Notes: a model not told the origin generated them from the letters alone. 64,000 nucleotides of DNA from Candidatus Levybacteria bacterium RIFCSPHIGHO2_01_FULL_38_26 (GCA_001782075.1 MFNO01000022.1:9540-73539); one strand, 5' to 3'; numbered from the stretch's first letter, positions 30,618-41,348 are shown. A program made the numbers and translations.

Positions 30618-30965
30618 ATGGAAATAAAAGCAGAGAGCAAGACAACTAGAATCAGTCCTAGAAAAGTAAGGTTGGTTGCTGATGTTATCAAAAACAAACC
30701 CGTGAGTCAGGCGTTAAATATACTGAGCATAACCAATAAAAGGGGGTCGTCTGTTCTTTTAAAAACGCTTAGAAGTGCTGTTGCTAACGCAGTTAATAAT
30801 GCAAAGCTTAAGGAGGATTTACTTACAATAAAAATAATAGAGGTGGGAGAGGGTCCATTTCTTAAGAGATATCGTCCCTCAACTCGTGGAAGAGTCCACC
30901 CATACAAAAAAAGAAGCAGTCATATTAGGATAATACTGGAGGATAAAAATGGGACAAAAAGTTAA
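30618..30965 (+). CDS. rplV: 50S ribosomal protein L22
   Basis: SPRKVRLV, SAVANA. Confidence 0.97.
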   Translation: MEIKAESKTTRISPRKVRLVADVIKNKPVSQALNILSITNKRGSSVLLKTLRSAVANAVNNAKLKEDLLTIKIIEVGEGPFLKRYRPSTRGRVHPYKKRSSHIRIILEDKNGTKS

Positions 30966-31593
30966 TCCAAAACTATTGCGGCTTGGCCCAGTATACAATT
31001 GGAGTAGCCGTTGGTTTGAGGACAAAAAATACAAGGATATTTTGATTGAAGATCGAAAGATTAGAAAGGCTCTGACAGAAAGACTAAAGAATGCTGGAGT
31101 TTCAGATATTGAGATCGAGAGATCTATCAACAATATGGGGCTTAAGATTTACGTATCAAGACCAGGTATTGTTATTGGACGAGGAGGAAGCGGACTGGAG
31201 GATTTGAAGAAGTTTATAAACGAAGTTTTGAAAAGCAACATAAGCTCTAAGCAGCCGCCCAAAATAGATATTAGAATAGAGGCTATTAAAGAGCCCAATC
31301 TTGATGCGTATTTAGTCGCGTCTAATATCTCGGATCAGTTATTAAGAAGACTACCTCATAGGCGAATTATGACCCAGGCGGTAGAAAAAGTAATGTTTGC
31401 TGGCGCTAAAGGCGTAAGAATTGTTCTTTCTGGAAGAATAGGTGGCGCTGAAATAGGCAGAAGGGAAAAACAGCAAAAAGGCACTGTGCCTCTTTCAACA
31501 ATAAGGGAGCATATTAATTTTTCAAGTGTCCCCGCACTTACTAAGAAAGGGTATATTGGAGTTAAGGTTTGGATAAATAGAGGAGATAAATAA
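30949..31593 (+). CDS. rpsC: 30S ribosomal protein S3
   Basis: [22 protein letters not shown]. Confidence 0.98.
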   Translation: MGQKVNPKLLRLGPVYNWSSRWFEDKKYKDILIEDRKIRKALTERLKNAGVSDIEIERSINNMGLKIYVSRPGIVIGRGGSGLEDLKKFINEVLKSNISSKQPPKIDIRIEAIKEPNLDAYLVASNISDQLLRRLPHRRIMTQAVEKVMFAGAKGVRIVLSGRIGGAEIGRREKQQKGTVPLSTIREHINFSSVPALTKKGYIGVKVWINRGDK

Positions 31594-32003
31594 TGTTGGT
31601 TCCAAAAAGAGCAAAATACAGAAAACAACAAAGAGGCACGATGAAAGGAGACGCTCATAAAGGGGTGAATATTTCTTTTGGAGAATATGGGATATTGGCC
31701 TTGAGTAGCGGTTGGGTTACTAGCCGCCAAATAGAAGCAGCAAGACGTGCGATGACGCACTTTACACAAAAAGGCGGCAGGGTTTGGATAAGGATATTTC
31801 CAGATAAACCAGTTACCAAAAAACCTGCTGAGACTAGAATGGGCGGGGGAAAAGGCGATGTTTTTGAGTTTGTCGCGCCGGTAAAGCCGGGAAGGATGTT
31901 GTTTGAGATGGGAGGAATTCCTAAAGACATGGCGATTACGGCTCTAAAACGAGCGGCGCAAAAACTGCCTGTAAAAACAAGAATCATGGAGAAACCCGTC
32001 TAA
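31593..32003 (+). CDS. rplP: 50S ribosomal protein L16
   Basis: [21 protein letters not shown]. Confidence 0.98.
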   Translation: MLVPKRAKYRKQQRGTMKGDAHKGVNISFGEYGILALSSGWVTSRQIEAARRAMTHFTQKGGRVWIRIFPDKPVTKKPAETRMGGGKGDVFEFVAPVKPGRMLFEMGGIPKDMAITALKRAAQKLPVKTRIMEKPV

Positions 32004-32070
32004 GCTTACCAATCGCCTTAGTTCATTCGAACTGCGGCTCTTGGAGCGCTTGGTCGGCGGGTAAATAAGT

Positions 32071-32289
32071 ATGAAAACAAAGGATAAAAAAGCATTGCAT
32101 GGAAAAACTTTGCAGGAGTTAAATGCGCAACTTTTAGAAGCGAGAAATGAATTGCATAGTTTGAAGCTTGACAAATCGCTTATAAAGCTTAAAAATACAA
32201 GGTCGATTTTTGAAAAGAGAAAGGAAATCGCTCAAATTTTAACTATTATAAAAATAAAGGAGCCGCCAGCTGGCGGCCAGGGTAAATAA
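32071..32289 (+). CDS. rpmC: 50S ribosomal protein L29
   Basis: Operon position; RKEIAQILT; C-terminus encoded by perfect palindrome GCCGCCAGCTGGCGGC (32262-32277). Confidence 0.9.
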   Translation: MKTKDKKALHGKTLQELNAQLLEARNELHSLKLDKSLIKLKNTRSIFEKRKEIAQILTIIKIKEPPAGGQGK

Positions 32290-32290
32290 T

Positions 32291-32527
32291 ATGAGAAAAA
32301 TACTTGAAGGAGTGGTTGTGTCACTTAAAATGCAAAAAACTGCAGTTGTACAAGTGGCACGAGTAGCACCTCATCCAATTTATAAAAAGCTTATAAAAAG
32401 GGATAAAAAGATAAAAGCAGATACTTCTTCTTTTGATCTTTCCATTGGCGATAGGGTAAAAATTGGGCAGACCAGACCGCTTTCAGCGCAAAAACATTTT
32501 AAAATACTGGAGGTATTGAAAAAATGA
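32291..32527 (+). CDS. rpsQ: 30S ribosomal protein S17
   Basis: [22 protein letters not shown]. Confidence 0.96.
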   Translation: MRKILEGVVVSLKMQKTAVVQVARVAPHPIYKKLIKRDKKIKADTSSFDLSIGDRVKIGQTRPLSAQKHFKILEVLKK

Positions 32528-32898
32528 TCCAGCACAGAACTGTATTGAAAGTTGCTGACAACTCAGGCGCTAGGAAGATTGTAGTTATTCATATCTTTGG
32601 CGGATCAAAGAGAAAATTTGGATCTGTTGGGGACGTACTCAATTGCGTTGTTAAAGAAGCAGTGCCAGAGGCAGGAGTAAAAAAGAGCGAGATTGTAAAA
32701 GTAGTACTTGTCCGTACGAAAAAAGAAAAAAAACGAAAAGATGGTTCTTACATTCGGTTTTCCGATAATGCAGGAGTTTTGATAGATAATCCAAAAGACA
32801 AAAATCCAAGAGGAACAAGAATCTTCGGACCGATTGCAAGAGAAGTAAAGGATAGAGGTTTTGCGAAGATTGCCAGCATGGCTTCTGAAGTATTATGA
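32524..32898 (+). CDS. rplN: 50S ribosomal protein L14
   Basis: VADNSGA, GTRIFGP. Confidence 0.98.
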   Translation: MIQHRTVLKVADNSGARKIVVIHIFGGSKRKFGSVGDVLNCVVKEAVPEAGVKKSEIVKVVLVRTKKEKKRKDGSYIRFSDNAGVLIDNPKDKNPRGTRIFGPIAREVKDRGFAKIASMASEVL

Positions 32899-33200
32899 AA
32901 CTTATAAAAGGCGATTTAGTCAAAATTGTGAGGGGAAAGGATCAGGGAAAGACTGGAAAAATAGACAAAGTTTTTTCAAAAACCGATAAGGTTATCGTTG
33001 AGGGGGTTAATCAATACAAAAGACATCTGAAGGCAAGATCGCAAAGACAGCCATCGGAAATAGTTACTGTAACTATACCTATTTTTGTAAGCAATGCTGC
33101 ATTGATTTGTCCTAAATGTAAACTTGCGACAAGAGTTGGATTAGCGTATGATGAAGGCAAAAAAGTTAGAATTTGTAAAAAATGCAAACAAAAAATATGA
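32895..33200 (+). CDS. rplX: 50S ribosomal protein L24
   Basis: KOW motif [16 protein letters not shown]; CxxC pairs. Confidence 0.96.
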   Translation: MKLIKGDLVKIVRGKDQGKTGKIDKVFSKTDKVIVEGVNQYKRHLKARSQRQPSEIVTVTIPIFVSNAALICPKCKLATRVGLAYDEGKKVRICKKCKQKI

Positions 33201-33748
33201 ATGTTTTAGAAGATAAGTTTAAAAAAGAGATCATAAAAGATTTGCAGAAAAAATTAATCGTTAAGAATGTTATGGATGTGCCAAGACTTGTAAAGATTGT
33301 TATTAACATGGGAGTAAGAGATGCTTTAGCTGATGGTAAAAATGTAGATAAAGCAAGTACGATTTTAACTCAAATTACTGGTCAAAAACCTAAGGTAACT
33401 CTTGCGAGACGTGCTATTGCCGGTTTTAAACTTCGAGAAGGAGACAAAATAGGACTTGTGGTTACTCTCAGAGGAGAAAGGATGTATGTTTTTTTTGAAA
33501 AGCTGGTGAATGTTATCTTGCCTAGGTTGCGAGACTTTCATGGAGTTAAAAAAGAAAGCTTTGACAGAAGCGGCAACTATACCTTGGGATTTACAGAAAA
33601 CTATGTTTTTCCAGAAATAGATCCCGGAAAAATTGATTCGTCTCTTGCTAGACAGGGGTTTGAGATAACTATCGTAACTTCGGCAAAAGACGAGAAAGAA
33701 GGATTCGAGCTTTTGAAGGCGTTGGGAATACCGTTTATGAAAAACTAA
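33197..33748 (+). CDS. rplE: 50S ribosomal protein L5
   Basis: KIVINMG, ITGQKP, LPRLRDF; start ATG 33197. Confidence 0.97.
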   Translation: MNVLEDKFKKEIIKDLQKKLIVKNVMDVPRLVKIVINMGVRDALADGKNVDKASTILTQITGQKPKVTLARRAIAGFKLREGDKIGLVVTLRGERMYVFFEKLVNVILPRLRDFHGVKKESFDRSGNYTLGFTENYVFPEIDPGKIDSSLARQGFEITIVTSAKDEKEGFELLKALGIPFMKN

Positions 33749-33759
33749 GAGGAGATGAT

Positions 33760-33945
33760 ATGGCTAAAGTATCTGATATTGTAAAATTTAAAAAAAAGCA
33801 AAAATATCAATCGCGAGCAAGAAATAGATGCAATATATGCGGAAGAGCAAGGGGTTATATGAGGAAATTTGGATTGTGCCGTCTTTGTTTTAGAGATTTA
33901 GCTCTTAGAGGAGAGTTGCCAGGAGTACGTAAGGCAAGTTGGTAG
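33760..33945 (+). CDS. rpsN: 30S ribosomal protein S14 type Z (Zn-binding)
   Basis: [20 protein letters not shown]. Confidence 0.97.
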   Translation: MAKVSDIVKFKKKQKYQSRARNRCNICGRARGYMRKFGLCRLCFRDLALRGELPGVRKASW

Positions 33946-33963
33946 TTTCGGGAAAAAATTAAT

Positions 33964-34356
33964 ATGAATCACAAAGTATCAGATTTTATTATTAGACTAA
34001 AAAATGCGACCCTCGCAAGAAGGCGAAAGGTTTTAGTTCCTTACTGCAACATTAATAAAAAGTTGATTCAGGTATTGGTAAAAGAGGGATATTTAGAAAG
34101 CGTGAATGAGAAAGATACTAACGGGAACAAAGTTTTGGAAGTAGAAATTAAGTATGACAGAAGATATCCAGTGTTAACAGACGTCGCGATAGTTTCTAAA
34201 CCCTCACTTCGTATTTACGCGCCAGTCTCAAAAATTCCCAATATCCAGAGAAGAGGGAGGCACACTGTAATTCTTTCTACAAGCAAGGGGATAATGAGCG
34301 GTAGAAAAGCTCTTAAGGAGGGAGTTGGAGGAGAGGTGCTTTTTAAGATTTGGTAA
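33964..34356 (+). CDS. rpsH: 30S ribosomal protein S8
   Basis: SKPSLRIY, STSKGIM, GGEV. Confidence 0.97.
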   Translation: MNHKVSDFIIRLKNATLARRRKVLVPYCNINKKLIQVLVKEGYLESVNEKDTNGNKVLEVEIKYDRRYPVLTDVAIVSKPSLRIYAPVSKIPNIQRRGRHTVILSTSKGIMSGRKALKEGVGGEVLFKIW

Positions 34357-34374
34357 GAATTAAGGAGGTTATTT

Positions 34375-34926
34375 ATGTCAAAACTTGCTAAAATACCGAT
34401 TGTTATAAATGAAGGAACGTCTGCGGAGATTGTTGATAATACAATTAAAGCAGCTAGCGCCAAAGGTGCTCTTTCTTTTAATATTCCGGATGACGTTTTG
34501 GTAAAGATTGCAGATGGTAAAATAGTAGTATCTGCAAAAAAAAATGCTGATGATAAGACAAAGGTAAGGCTTGGTTTGACTCGCTCTATGATTGCTAACA
34601 TGGTAAAAGGCGTTTCTGCCGGTTTTTCCAAGCAGCTGGAATTGTCTGGGGTTGGTTATAGAGCCCAAGTTTCTGGAGATGTCCTTACCCTTTCTGTTGG
34701 ATTTTCTCATCCCGTGAAGATTACAGCTCCAGGCGGAATAAGCTTCACGGTTTCTGAAAATGTAATAACCATTTTAGGCATAGACAAAGAGCTTGTTGGA
34801 AATACTGCAGCAAACATAAGAAGAATACGTCCGCCCGAGCCTTATAAAGGCAAGGGAATTAAATATGTGGGAGAAAGAATTAGGAGAAAGGCAGGAAAGG
34901 CGGCAAAAGCTTTGGGTGCAAAATAA
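34375..34926 (+). CDS. rplF: 50S ribosomal protein L6
   Basis: GVGYRA, PEPYKGKGI. Confidence 0.98.
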   Translation: MSKLAKIPIVINEGTSAEIVDNTIKAASAKGALSFNIPDDVLVKIADGKIVVSAKKNADDKTKVRLGLTRSMIANMVKGVSAGFSKQLELSGVGYRAQVSGDVLTLSVGFSHPVKITAPGGISFTVSENVITILGIDKELVGNTAANIRRIRPPEPYKGKGIKYVGERIRRKAGKAAKALGAK

Positions 34927-34928
34927 AA

Positions 34929-35264
34929 ATGAAAAATAAAAAATTAAAAAAACAAGTTAGGGCAAAGGTCGTGGGGACCAAGATCAGGCCGCGGCTTTCT
35001 GTTTTTCGATCAAACAGATATATCTACGCTCAGATTATAAATGATGAGGATGGGAAATCGGTCGTTGGGGTCTCGGAAAAACATTTGGAAAAAAAGACAG
35101 GAGCTTCTAAAATAGATAAAGCAGAAGCTTTGGGAGAACTTTTGGCAAAAAAAGCCATAGAAAAAAAAGTAAAAAAAATAGCTTTTGACAGAAGGGATTA
35201 CGCGTATCACGGAAGAGTGGCAGGAATCGCCAAGGGCGCAAGGAAAGGAGGATTAGAATTTTGA
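34929..35264 (+). CDS. rplR: 50S ribosomal protein L18
   Basis: RPRLSVFRSN, YHGRV. Confidence 0.97.
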   Translation: MKNKKLKKQVRAKVVGTKIRPRLSVFRSNRYIYAQIINDEDGKSVVGVSEKHLEKKTGASKIDKAEALGELLAKKAIEKKVKKIAFDRRDYAYHGRVAGIAKGARKGGLEF

Positions 35265-35722
35265 TGGCGGATAATGGATTTGAGGAAAAAATTGTTCAGG
35301 TAAATAGAGTTTCCAAAAAGACAAAAGGAGGAAATAAAATTGGCTTTTCAGTTTTGGCAGTGGTTGGAGACAAAAAGGGAAGAGTAGGAGTAGGTCTTGG
35401 AAAGGCTGGAGATGTATCATCTGCTATTAAAAAAAGCGTCTCAATAGCCCAAAAGCATCTTGTAGAAGTGCCTATTATAAATGGAACGATACCGTTTGAA
35501 TACAATATTAAATTGGGAGCGGCAAAAATTATCCTAAAGCCTGCTCCTCCTGGAAGCGGAGTAATTGCGGGAGGAGCTGTGAGAAGTGTTGTTTCTGCCG
35601 CAGGAATTCAGAATATTTCATCTAAAGTCTTAGGAACCAAAAATCAAGCAAGCAATGTTTATGCGACAATAGAGGCTTTGAGGCGGTTGGCATTAAGATT
35701 TGAGAGAAGTAAGAAAGCTTAA
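35264..35722 (+). CDS. rpsE: 30S ribosomal protein S5
   Basis: RVSKKTKGG, VVGD, GSGVIAGG. Confidence 0.98.
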   Translation: MADNGFEEKIVQVNRVSKKTKGGNKIGFSVLAVVGDKKGRVGVGLGKAGDVSSAIKKSVSIAQKHLVEVPIINGTIPFEYNIKLGAAKIILKPAPPGSGVIAGGAVRSVVSAAGIQNISSKVLGTKNQASNVYATIEALRRLALRFERSKKA

Positions 35723-35727
35723 AAAAT

Positions 35728-36171
35728 ATGAAATTAGAAAACTTACCAGGAATAACTGATCGAAAAAAGAAAAGACTAGGCCAAGGACATGGTTCTGGAC
35801 GAGGGAAAACAGGAGGACGTGGCACAAAAGGACAAAAAGCAAGAGGTAAAATTTCAATCTCCTTTGAAGGAGGAGCGCTTCCTCTTATTAAGAGGCTTCC
35901 ATTTAGACGGGGTAAGGGAAAAAACAAGGCTTTTAGAAAAAAACCAATTGTGATAAACGTAAAGGCGCTTAATCTTCTTAGGAAAAGTAGCGTTGTAGAT
36001 ATAGATACACTTATAAAAAACAACATCATCGACAAAAAAGAAGCAGAAATTTATGGAGTCAAGATACTAGGGGATGGTGAGCTTTCAATTCCCTTGATAG
36101 TGAAGTTGCCCGTTTCAAAAGGAGCAGAAAAGAAAATTATCAAGTCAGGGGGTAAGATAGAACGTGGGTAA
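35728..36171 (+). CDS. rplO: 50S ribosomal protein L15
   Basis: [20 protein letters not shown]; directly follows rpsE with no rpmD. Confidence 0.98.
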   Translation: MKLENLPGITDRKKKRLGQGHGSGRGKTGGRGTKGQKARGKISISFEGGALPLIKRLPFRRGKGKNKAFRKKPIVINVKALNLLRKSSVVDIDTLIKNNIIDKKEAEIYGVKILGDGELSIPLIVKLPVSKGAEKKIIKSGGKIERG

Positions 36172-37450
36172 CATCCTTGGGATTTTCAGAAATAGCATTA
36201 AAGCGCCTGAGGTAAGAAATAAACTTTTGTTTACGGCAGCGATATTTGTAGTTTTTAGAATTTTTGCACACATTCCTGTTGCCGGAGTGGATTTAGTCGC
36301 TCTTAGATCGCTTTTTTCGCAAAATCAATTTTTGGGACTTTTGGACATCTTTTCCGGAGGTACACTTGCTAACTTTTCTGTTATGGCATTGGGGCTTAAT
36401 CCGTATATTAATGCATCTATAATTATGCAGCTTTCAACGCTTGTTTTCCCAAAGCTTGAAGCATTATCAAAAGAGGGTGAATCTGGGCGACAAAAGATAA
36501 ACCAGTATACAAGGATGCTTACAGTGCCCCTGGCAATTTTGCAGGCAATTGGAATGTACGCTTTGCTTCGAAGCCAGGGTATAATTTCCACGTTGGATCC
36601 CATAAGCCTTGCGGCATTTGTTGTTACCATGACCGCGGGAACTATGCTTTTGGTGTGGCTTGGGGAGCTTATCACTGAAAGAGGAGTTGGGAATGGCATA
36701 TCACTTCTTATCTTCGCGGGAATCGTAGGCAGGATCCCTGTTATTTTTGGACAAACAGCCTCAACTACAAATGCTTCCAATGTCTTTAACATAATTACTT
36801 TTATGGTAATGGGTCTTTTTGTGGTTGCTTCAATTGTCCTTATAAACGAAGCAACCAGACGTATAACAGTCCATTATGCAAGAAGGGTTAGAGGTAACAA
36901 AATGTATGGTGGACAATCAACGCACCTTCCTTTGAGACTTAATCAAGCAGGAGTTATTCCTATTATATTTGCAGTTTCTCTTGTATTAATGCCATCTCTT
37001 ATCGCGAATTATTTGACTGCCTCACCGAATAATTTTTTGAATAGTATTGCAACCAATATCACAAGGTGGTTTAATCCGGAAGGAGCGTTTTACAATGCAA
37101 CTTATTTTCTTTTGGTAGTTGGTTTTACTTTTTTTTATACAGCAGTAGTTTTCAACCCCAAAAAGATTTCAGGGGAAATACAAAAATACGGAGGATTTAT
37201 ACCAGGCATAAGACCAGGTACGCCTACTGCCCAATATCTTAATTATATTTTGACGCGCATAACTTTGGCAGGAGCAATTTTTTTGGGTATTATAGCCATA
37301 TTTCCCGTAATTGCCAAATTGTTTACAAATGTCCAAGCTCTTATCTTGGGAGGCACAGGAATCCTAATTGTAGTTTCGGTGGTTTTGGAAACTATCAAAA
37401 ACATAGAAGCGAGATTAGTTATGAGAAGTTACGATAAGTTTAGTAAGTAA
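36164..37450 (+). CDS. secY: preprotein translocase SecY
   Basis: [36 protein letters not shown]; GTG start. Confidence 0.99.
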   Translation: MGNILGIFRNSIKAPEVRNKLLFTAAIFVVFRIFAHIPVAGVDLVALRSLFSQNQFLGLLDIFSGGTLANFSVMALGLNPYINASIIMQLSTLVFPKLEALSKEGESGRQKINQYTRMLTVPLAILQAIGMYALLRSQGIISTLDPISLAAFVVTMTAGTMLLVWLGELITERGVGNGISLLIFAGIVGRIPVIFGQTASTTNASNVFNIITFMVMGLFVVASIVLINEATRRITVHYARRVRGNKMYGGQSTHLPLRLNQAGVIPIIFAVSLVLMPSLIANYLTASPNNFLNSIATNITRWFNPEGAFYNATYFLLVVGFTFFYTAVVFNPKKISGEIQKYGGFIPGIRPGTPTAQYLNYILTRITLAGAIFLGIIAIFPVIAKLFTNVQALILGGTGILIVVSVVLETIKNIEARLVMRSYDKFSK

Positions 37451-37456
37451 CAAAGT

Positions 37457-37526
37457 TGTCATGCCGAACTTGTCCTTCGGTAAACTCAGGACCCTTCGCA
37501 GCGAGGCGAGCGAGTTTGGGATGACA
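37457..37526. repeat. REP-like palindromic element between secY and adk
   Basis: TGTCAT...ATGACA ends as at 6675-6758; internal GTCCTTCGGTAAACTCAGGAC core. Confidence 0.7.
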
Positions 37527-37531
37527 GGAAT

Positions 37532-38077
37532 ATGAAAATAATTTTAATCGGTATTCAAGGCGCTGGTAAATCAACTCAAGGGAACTTACTTGCTGAAAAA
37601 CTTAAGATTCCCTATCTTTCAACAGGTCACATTTTTAGAAATCTCGCGAAAGAAAAGACAAAATTGGGACGGTATATAAAGGAGATCATGAATGCTGGTT
37701 ATTTGATACCGGATAGAAAGACTTTGATTATAGTTAGCGATTATCTCAAACGTTCAGAATATCAAATGGGATATATTCTCGATGGTTTTCCAAGGACTGT
37801 TCCTCAGGCGAAATTATTTAGAAATGGCGTGGATAAAGTTGTTTACCTTAAGGTTTCGGACAAAGAAGCTTTGTGGAGGTTAAGTTATAGAAATGGGGAG
37901 ACAAGAGAAGATGAGACCCTTGCGGCTCTTCGGAACAGGATTGAGCTTTTTCACAAACTCACCGAGCCAGTTTTGGAATTTTATCGCAAAAAGAAGATAT
38001 TGGTTGAGATTGATGGAGAGCAGAAAATAGAACAAATTAATAAAGACATTTTGAGGAGAGTTAAGAAAAATCCATAG
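37532..38077 (+). CDS. adk: adenylate kinase (short LID)
   Basis: GIQGAGKSTQ, STGHIFR, LDGFPRT, REDE. Confidence 0.93.
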   Translation: MKIILIGIQGAGKSTQGNLLAEKLKIPYLSTGHIFRNLAKEKTKLGRYIKEIMNAGYLIPDRKTLIIVSDYLKRSEYQMGYILDGFPRTVPQAKLFRNGVDKVVYLKVSDKEALWRLSYRNGETREDETLAALRNRIELFHKLTEPVLEFYRKKKILVEIDGEQKIEQINKDILRRVKKNP

Positions 38078-38079
38078 AA

Positions 38080-38682
38080 ATGAAGAAGATAATCGCGATT
38101 GTTGGTATGCCCGGAGCTGGCAAGACTGAGACTGCAGAATATTTATTTTCCAAAGGCATGCCTTTTGTTCGGTTTGGAGAAATTACAGAGGATGAAGTAA
38201 GGAGGCGAGGTCTTCCGCTTACGACCGATAACGAGCGAATAGTGCGTGAAGCAATACGCAAAGAAGGCGGAATGGGAGCGTATGCTCTTAGAGCAGAGCC
38301 AAAAATAAACAAACTTCTGGAAGCAAATGAAGTAATAGTTATCGATGGGCTTTATTCCTGGGAGGAATACACTTATTTAAAAGAGAAGTTTCCGGGGCTC
38401 ATTTTGATTAACGTATATGCTGAGCCTAAAGTACGCTACCTCAGGTTATCAAAGAGAAGCATAAGGCCTATTTCTCTTGATGAGTGTTATCTAAGAGATG
38501 TTGCGGAGCTTGAGAAATTAAATAAAGGCGGACCAATTGCGATCGCTGATTATACAATAGAAAATAACAGCGATAACACAAGTAAACTATACGCGAAGAT
38601 TGACTCGCTTTTATCGAGACTGTCTATAAATTTGCCTGCTGACCCGCTTCAAAGCTCGGAGAGCACAGATGCATTGAAATGA
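38080..38682 (+). CDS. P-loop kinase, dephospho-CoA kinase-like (UPF0200-type)
   Basis: GMPGAGKT, VIDG, RD..E, IAIADYTIENN. Confidence 0.8.
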   Translation: MKKIIAIVGMPGAGKTETAEYLFSKGMPFVRFGEITEDEVRRRGLPLTTDNERIVREAIRKEGGMGAYALRAEPKINKLLEANEVIVIDGLYSWEEYTYLKEKFPGLILINVYAEPKVRYLRLSKRSIRPISLDECYLRDVAELEKLNKGGPIAIADYTIENNSDNTSKLYAKIDSLLSRLSINLPADPLQSSESTDALK

Positions 38683-39437
38683 TTGACATAAAAACCCCAA
38701 AAGAAATTTCGATAATGGCGGCTGGAGGAAAAATTTTGGCAGAAGTCCTAAGTGAAGTTTTGTCAAAAATAAAACCAGGGGTTTCAGAGCTGGAGCTTGA
38801 CAACCTTGCTGAGAAATTAATAAGAGGGAAAGGGGCAGAGCCTGGTTTTAAAAGAGTAGAAGGCTACAGGTACTCTATTTGTATTTCGACAAATGAGGCG
38901 GTTGTTCATGGCATCCCCACAGATTATAGGTTTAAAGAAGGGGATGTTGTAGGCGTGGATTGCGGTGTTTATTTTAAAGGGTTTAATACGGATATGGCAC
39001 AAACAATAGAGGTTAAAGGTCAAAGCGACGACAGTGTTGATAAGTTTCTTAAGACAGGAGAAAAGGCATTGATAGAAGGAATTAAACAAGCAATGCCAGG
39101 AAATAGGGTGGGGCATATTTCCAAAGCAATACAAGATATAGTTGAAGAAAAAGGTTATTCTGTGGTCAGAAGTTTAGTTGGACATGGGGTGGGTAGAGAA
39201 CTTCATGAGGAGCCAGAAGTTCCAGGTTTTTTGATAAAAAAGATCGATCAGACCCCCAATCTTAAAGAGGGAATGGTTATTGCTGTTGAAGTAATTTACA
39301 ACATGGGAAAAGCGGATGTGGAGTATTCAAATGATGACGGATGGACAATTAAAACTAAGGACAATAGTTTGTCTGGGCTTTTTGAGAGAACAATTGCAGT
39401 AACAAAAAGTGGCCCAGTTGTCTTAACAACGGTTTGA
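38679..39437 (+). CDS. map: methionine aminopeptidase type I
   Basis: VVHGIP, DCGV..D, GHGVG..LHEEP, FERT. Confidence 0.97.
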   Translation: MIDIKTPKEISIMAAGGKILAEVLSEVLSKIKPGVSELELDNLAEKLIRGKGAEPGFKRVEGYRYSICISTNEAVVHGIPTDYRFKEGDVVGVDCGVYFKGFNTDMAQTIEVKGQSDDSVDKFLKTGEKALIEGIKQAMPGNRVGHISKAIQDIVEEKGYSVVRSLVGHGVGRELHEEPEVPGFLIKKIDQTPNLKEGMVIAVEVIYNMGKADVEYSNDDGWTIKTKDNSLSGLFERTIAVTKSGPVVLTTV

Positions 39438-39473
39438 TTGCAGTTGAAAGATTATTTTGATATAATAAGATTT

Positions 39474-39597
39474 AAATTCGAAATCCGAAATCCGAAGCAC
39501 GAAACAATTTCAGAATCCGAATTTTAAAATTTTCAAAACATTTTTAATTTTGGTCATTCTAATTTGTTTCGAATTTCGATATTAGAGTTTCGAATTT
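39474..39597. repeat. long imperfect hairpin built from heptamer-like repeats in the infA leader
   Basis: AAATTCGAAATCCGAAATCCGAAGCACGAAAC ... GTTTCGAATTTCGATATTAGAGTTTCGAATTT; follows promoter TTGCAG-N17-TATAAT (39438-39466). Confidence 0.7.
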
Positions 39598-39606
39598 AAT
39601 TTTTGT

Positions 39607-39825
39607 ATGGCTCATCAAGGCTCGTTTGAGGTAGATGGAGTTGTTAAAGAATCTCTACCAAATACCTTATTTAGGGTGGAGATTCCAGGCGGGGAAATAA
39701 TTATTTGCCACTTGTCGGGTAAAATGAGAATGAATTTTATAAAAATTTTGCCGGGGGACAAGGTACGAGTTGAAATGACAGCTTATGATAAAACAAAAGG
39801 AAGGATAGTATATAGACACAAATGA
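39607..39825 (+). CDS. infA: translation initiation factor IF-1
   Basis: [23 protein letters not shown]. Confidence 0.98.
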   Translation: MAHQGSFEVDGVVKESLPNTLFRVEIPGGEIIICHLSGKMRMNFIKILPGDKVRVEMTAYDKTKGRIVYRHK

Positions 39826-39935
39826 AAGTAAGAGCCAGCGTTAAACCAAGATGCGCAAAATGCAAGGTGATTAAAAGAAAGGGAGTAATTAGAATTATTT
39901 GTGATAATCCAAAACACAAGCAAAGACAAGGTTAA
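39822..39935 (+). CDS. rpmJ: 50S ribosomal protein L36 (Zn-binding)
   Basis: Not in the ORF track; manual translation [37 protein letters not shown]. Confidence 0.97.
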   Translation: MKVRASVKPRCAKCKVIKRKGVIRIICDNPKHKQRQG

Positions 39936-39940
39936 AACAT

Positions 39941-40348
39941 ATGAGGGTTGCAGGATTTAATATACCAGATGATAAAAGAATAGATATTGCCCTAACTTAC
40001 TTGTATGGTATAGGCAGGAGTAATGTTTTTAGTATTTTGAAAAAAGCAGATGTCGAAGGCTCAAAAAGAGTAAAGACCTTATCTGAAGACGAACAAAAAA
40101 GAATTCAAAAGGCTATGGAGGGATACAAAGTTGAGGGAGACCTCAGGTCTGAAGTAATATCCAATATCAAAAGACTTAAGGAGATCTATTCGTATAGAGG
40201 CTTAAGACATACTAAAAACCTTCCTGCAAGAGGGCAGCGCACCAGATCTAACGCAAGAACAAAAAGAGGAAAAAGAGTTACGATCGGCGCGATAAAGAAA
40301 GAGGTTGCTGTAAAGATGGGGCTTATTGAAAAAGAAAAGAAAGTATAA
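39941..40348 (+). CDS. rpsM: 30S ribosomal protein S13
   Basis: [24 protein letters not shown]. Confidence 0.98.
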   Translation: MRVAGFNIPDDKRIDIALTYLYGIGRSNVFSILKKADVEGSKRVKTLSEDEQKRIQKAMEGYKVEGDLRSEVISNIKRLKEIYSYRGLRHTKNLPARGQRTRSNARTKRGKRVTIGAIKKEVAVKMGLIEKEKKV

Positions 40349-40355
40349 TATTTAT

Positions 40356-40727
40356 ATGGCAGTAAAGAAGAAAACAACAGTTGGAAGTTCTGGTAAGGCG
40401 TTTATCGCCTCAACTTTCAATAATACCTTGATTTCAATAACAACTGACAAAGGTGATGTTCTGTCATGGGGCAGCAGCGGCGCATCGGGTTTTAAGGGGA
40501 CAAGGAAGTCAACTCCATTTGCCGCCAGCTCTGCTGCTGAGACTGCGGTAAAGAAAGCGGTTGAGAAGGGTTTAAAGGCAGTCGATGTTTATGTGAGAGG
40601 ACCCGGGTCGGGTCGTGACGCCGCGCTTAGAGCTATCAAAAATGGTGGCCTTTCTATACTTTCTATTGCTGATATAACGCCTATACCTCATAATGGGCCA
40701 AGGGCAAAAAAGAAAAGGAGAATCTGA
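40356..40727 (+). CDS. rpsK: 30S ribosomal protein S11
   Basis: STFNNT, GPGSGR, TPIPHNG; start ATG 40356. Confidence 0.98.
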   Translation: MAVKKKTTVGSSGKAFIASTFNNTLISITTDKGDVLSWGSSGASGFKGTRKSTPFAASSAAETAVKKAVEKGLKAVDVYVRGPGSGRDAALRAIKNGGLSILSIADITPIPHNGPRAKKKRRI

Positions 40728-41332
40728 TGGGTAAATATACAGGACCAAAACACAAATTAGCAAGAAAAGTCGGCGTAAATATTCTGGATAAAGAGTCAGC
40801 AAGTCTTCAGAGGCGCTTGAATGTTCCTCCTGGGCAACATGGGCGAAAGAGAAAAAAAAGACTTTCAGAGTTTGGTGCCCAACTTAGAGAAAAACAGAAA
40901 GCAAAAATTACTTATGGGATCTTAGAGAAACAATTTAGTAATTTGGTTAAGAGAGTTGCGAGAAAGAAGGGGGAGACAGGAGAAATGCTTTTGAGTCTTC
41001 TTGAAACAAGACTCGATAATATCGTATATAGACTTGGTTTGGCAAAAACACGGTTTCAGGCTCGGCAATTTATTTCGCATGGTCATATTTTGGTTAACGA
41101 TAAAAAGGTAGATATCTCCTCTTTTCAAGTAAAAGTAAATGATATTGTTGCTGTTGCCCCAAATTTTCAAAGTAATGTAGAGATTTTAAAGTCCTTGGAT
41201 AAAAAAGAGGAAGGGTCCTTGCCGTTTCTCAAAAGAGAGGGAGCATCGGGTAAACTTTTAAGGCTTCCTAAAAGAGGCGATATAGAGACGGTTTTTGATT
41301 TGCAACCCATTATTGAATATTATTCAAGATAA
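40727..41332 (+). CDS. rpsD: 30S ribosomal protein S4
   Basis: PGQHG, QLREKQK, LETRLDN, ARQFISHGH. Confidence 0.98.
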   Translation: MGKYTGPKHKLARKVGVNILDKESASLQRRLNVPPGQHGRKRKKRLSEFGAQLREKQKAKITYGILEKQFSNLVKRVARKKGETGEMLLSLLETRLDNIVYRLGLAKTRFQARQFISHGHILVNDKKVDISSFQVKVNDIVAVAPNFQSNVEILKSLDKKEEGSLPFLKREGASGKLLRLPKRGDIETVFDLQPIIEYYSR

Positions 41333-41341
41333 TGGTAAAAT
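41313..41341 (+). promoter_or_regulatory. internal promoter for rpoA (leaderless geometry)
   Basis: TTGAAT-N17-TAAAAT with extended TG, 7 nt before ATG 41349. Confidence 0.6.
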
Positions 41342-41348
41342 AACCTTT

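Noticed and set aside
32004-32064. GC-rich structured spacer between rplP and rpmC as an ncRNA
   Set aside because: Short, with no promoter; more likely a degenerate member of the palindromic repeat family, too weak to call.
39474-39597. Possible CRISPR array in repeat-rich intergenic regions
   Set aside because: No constant 23-47-nt direct repeats with unique spacers were seen anywhere, and no cas genes.
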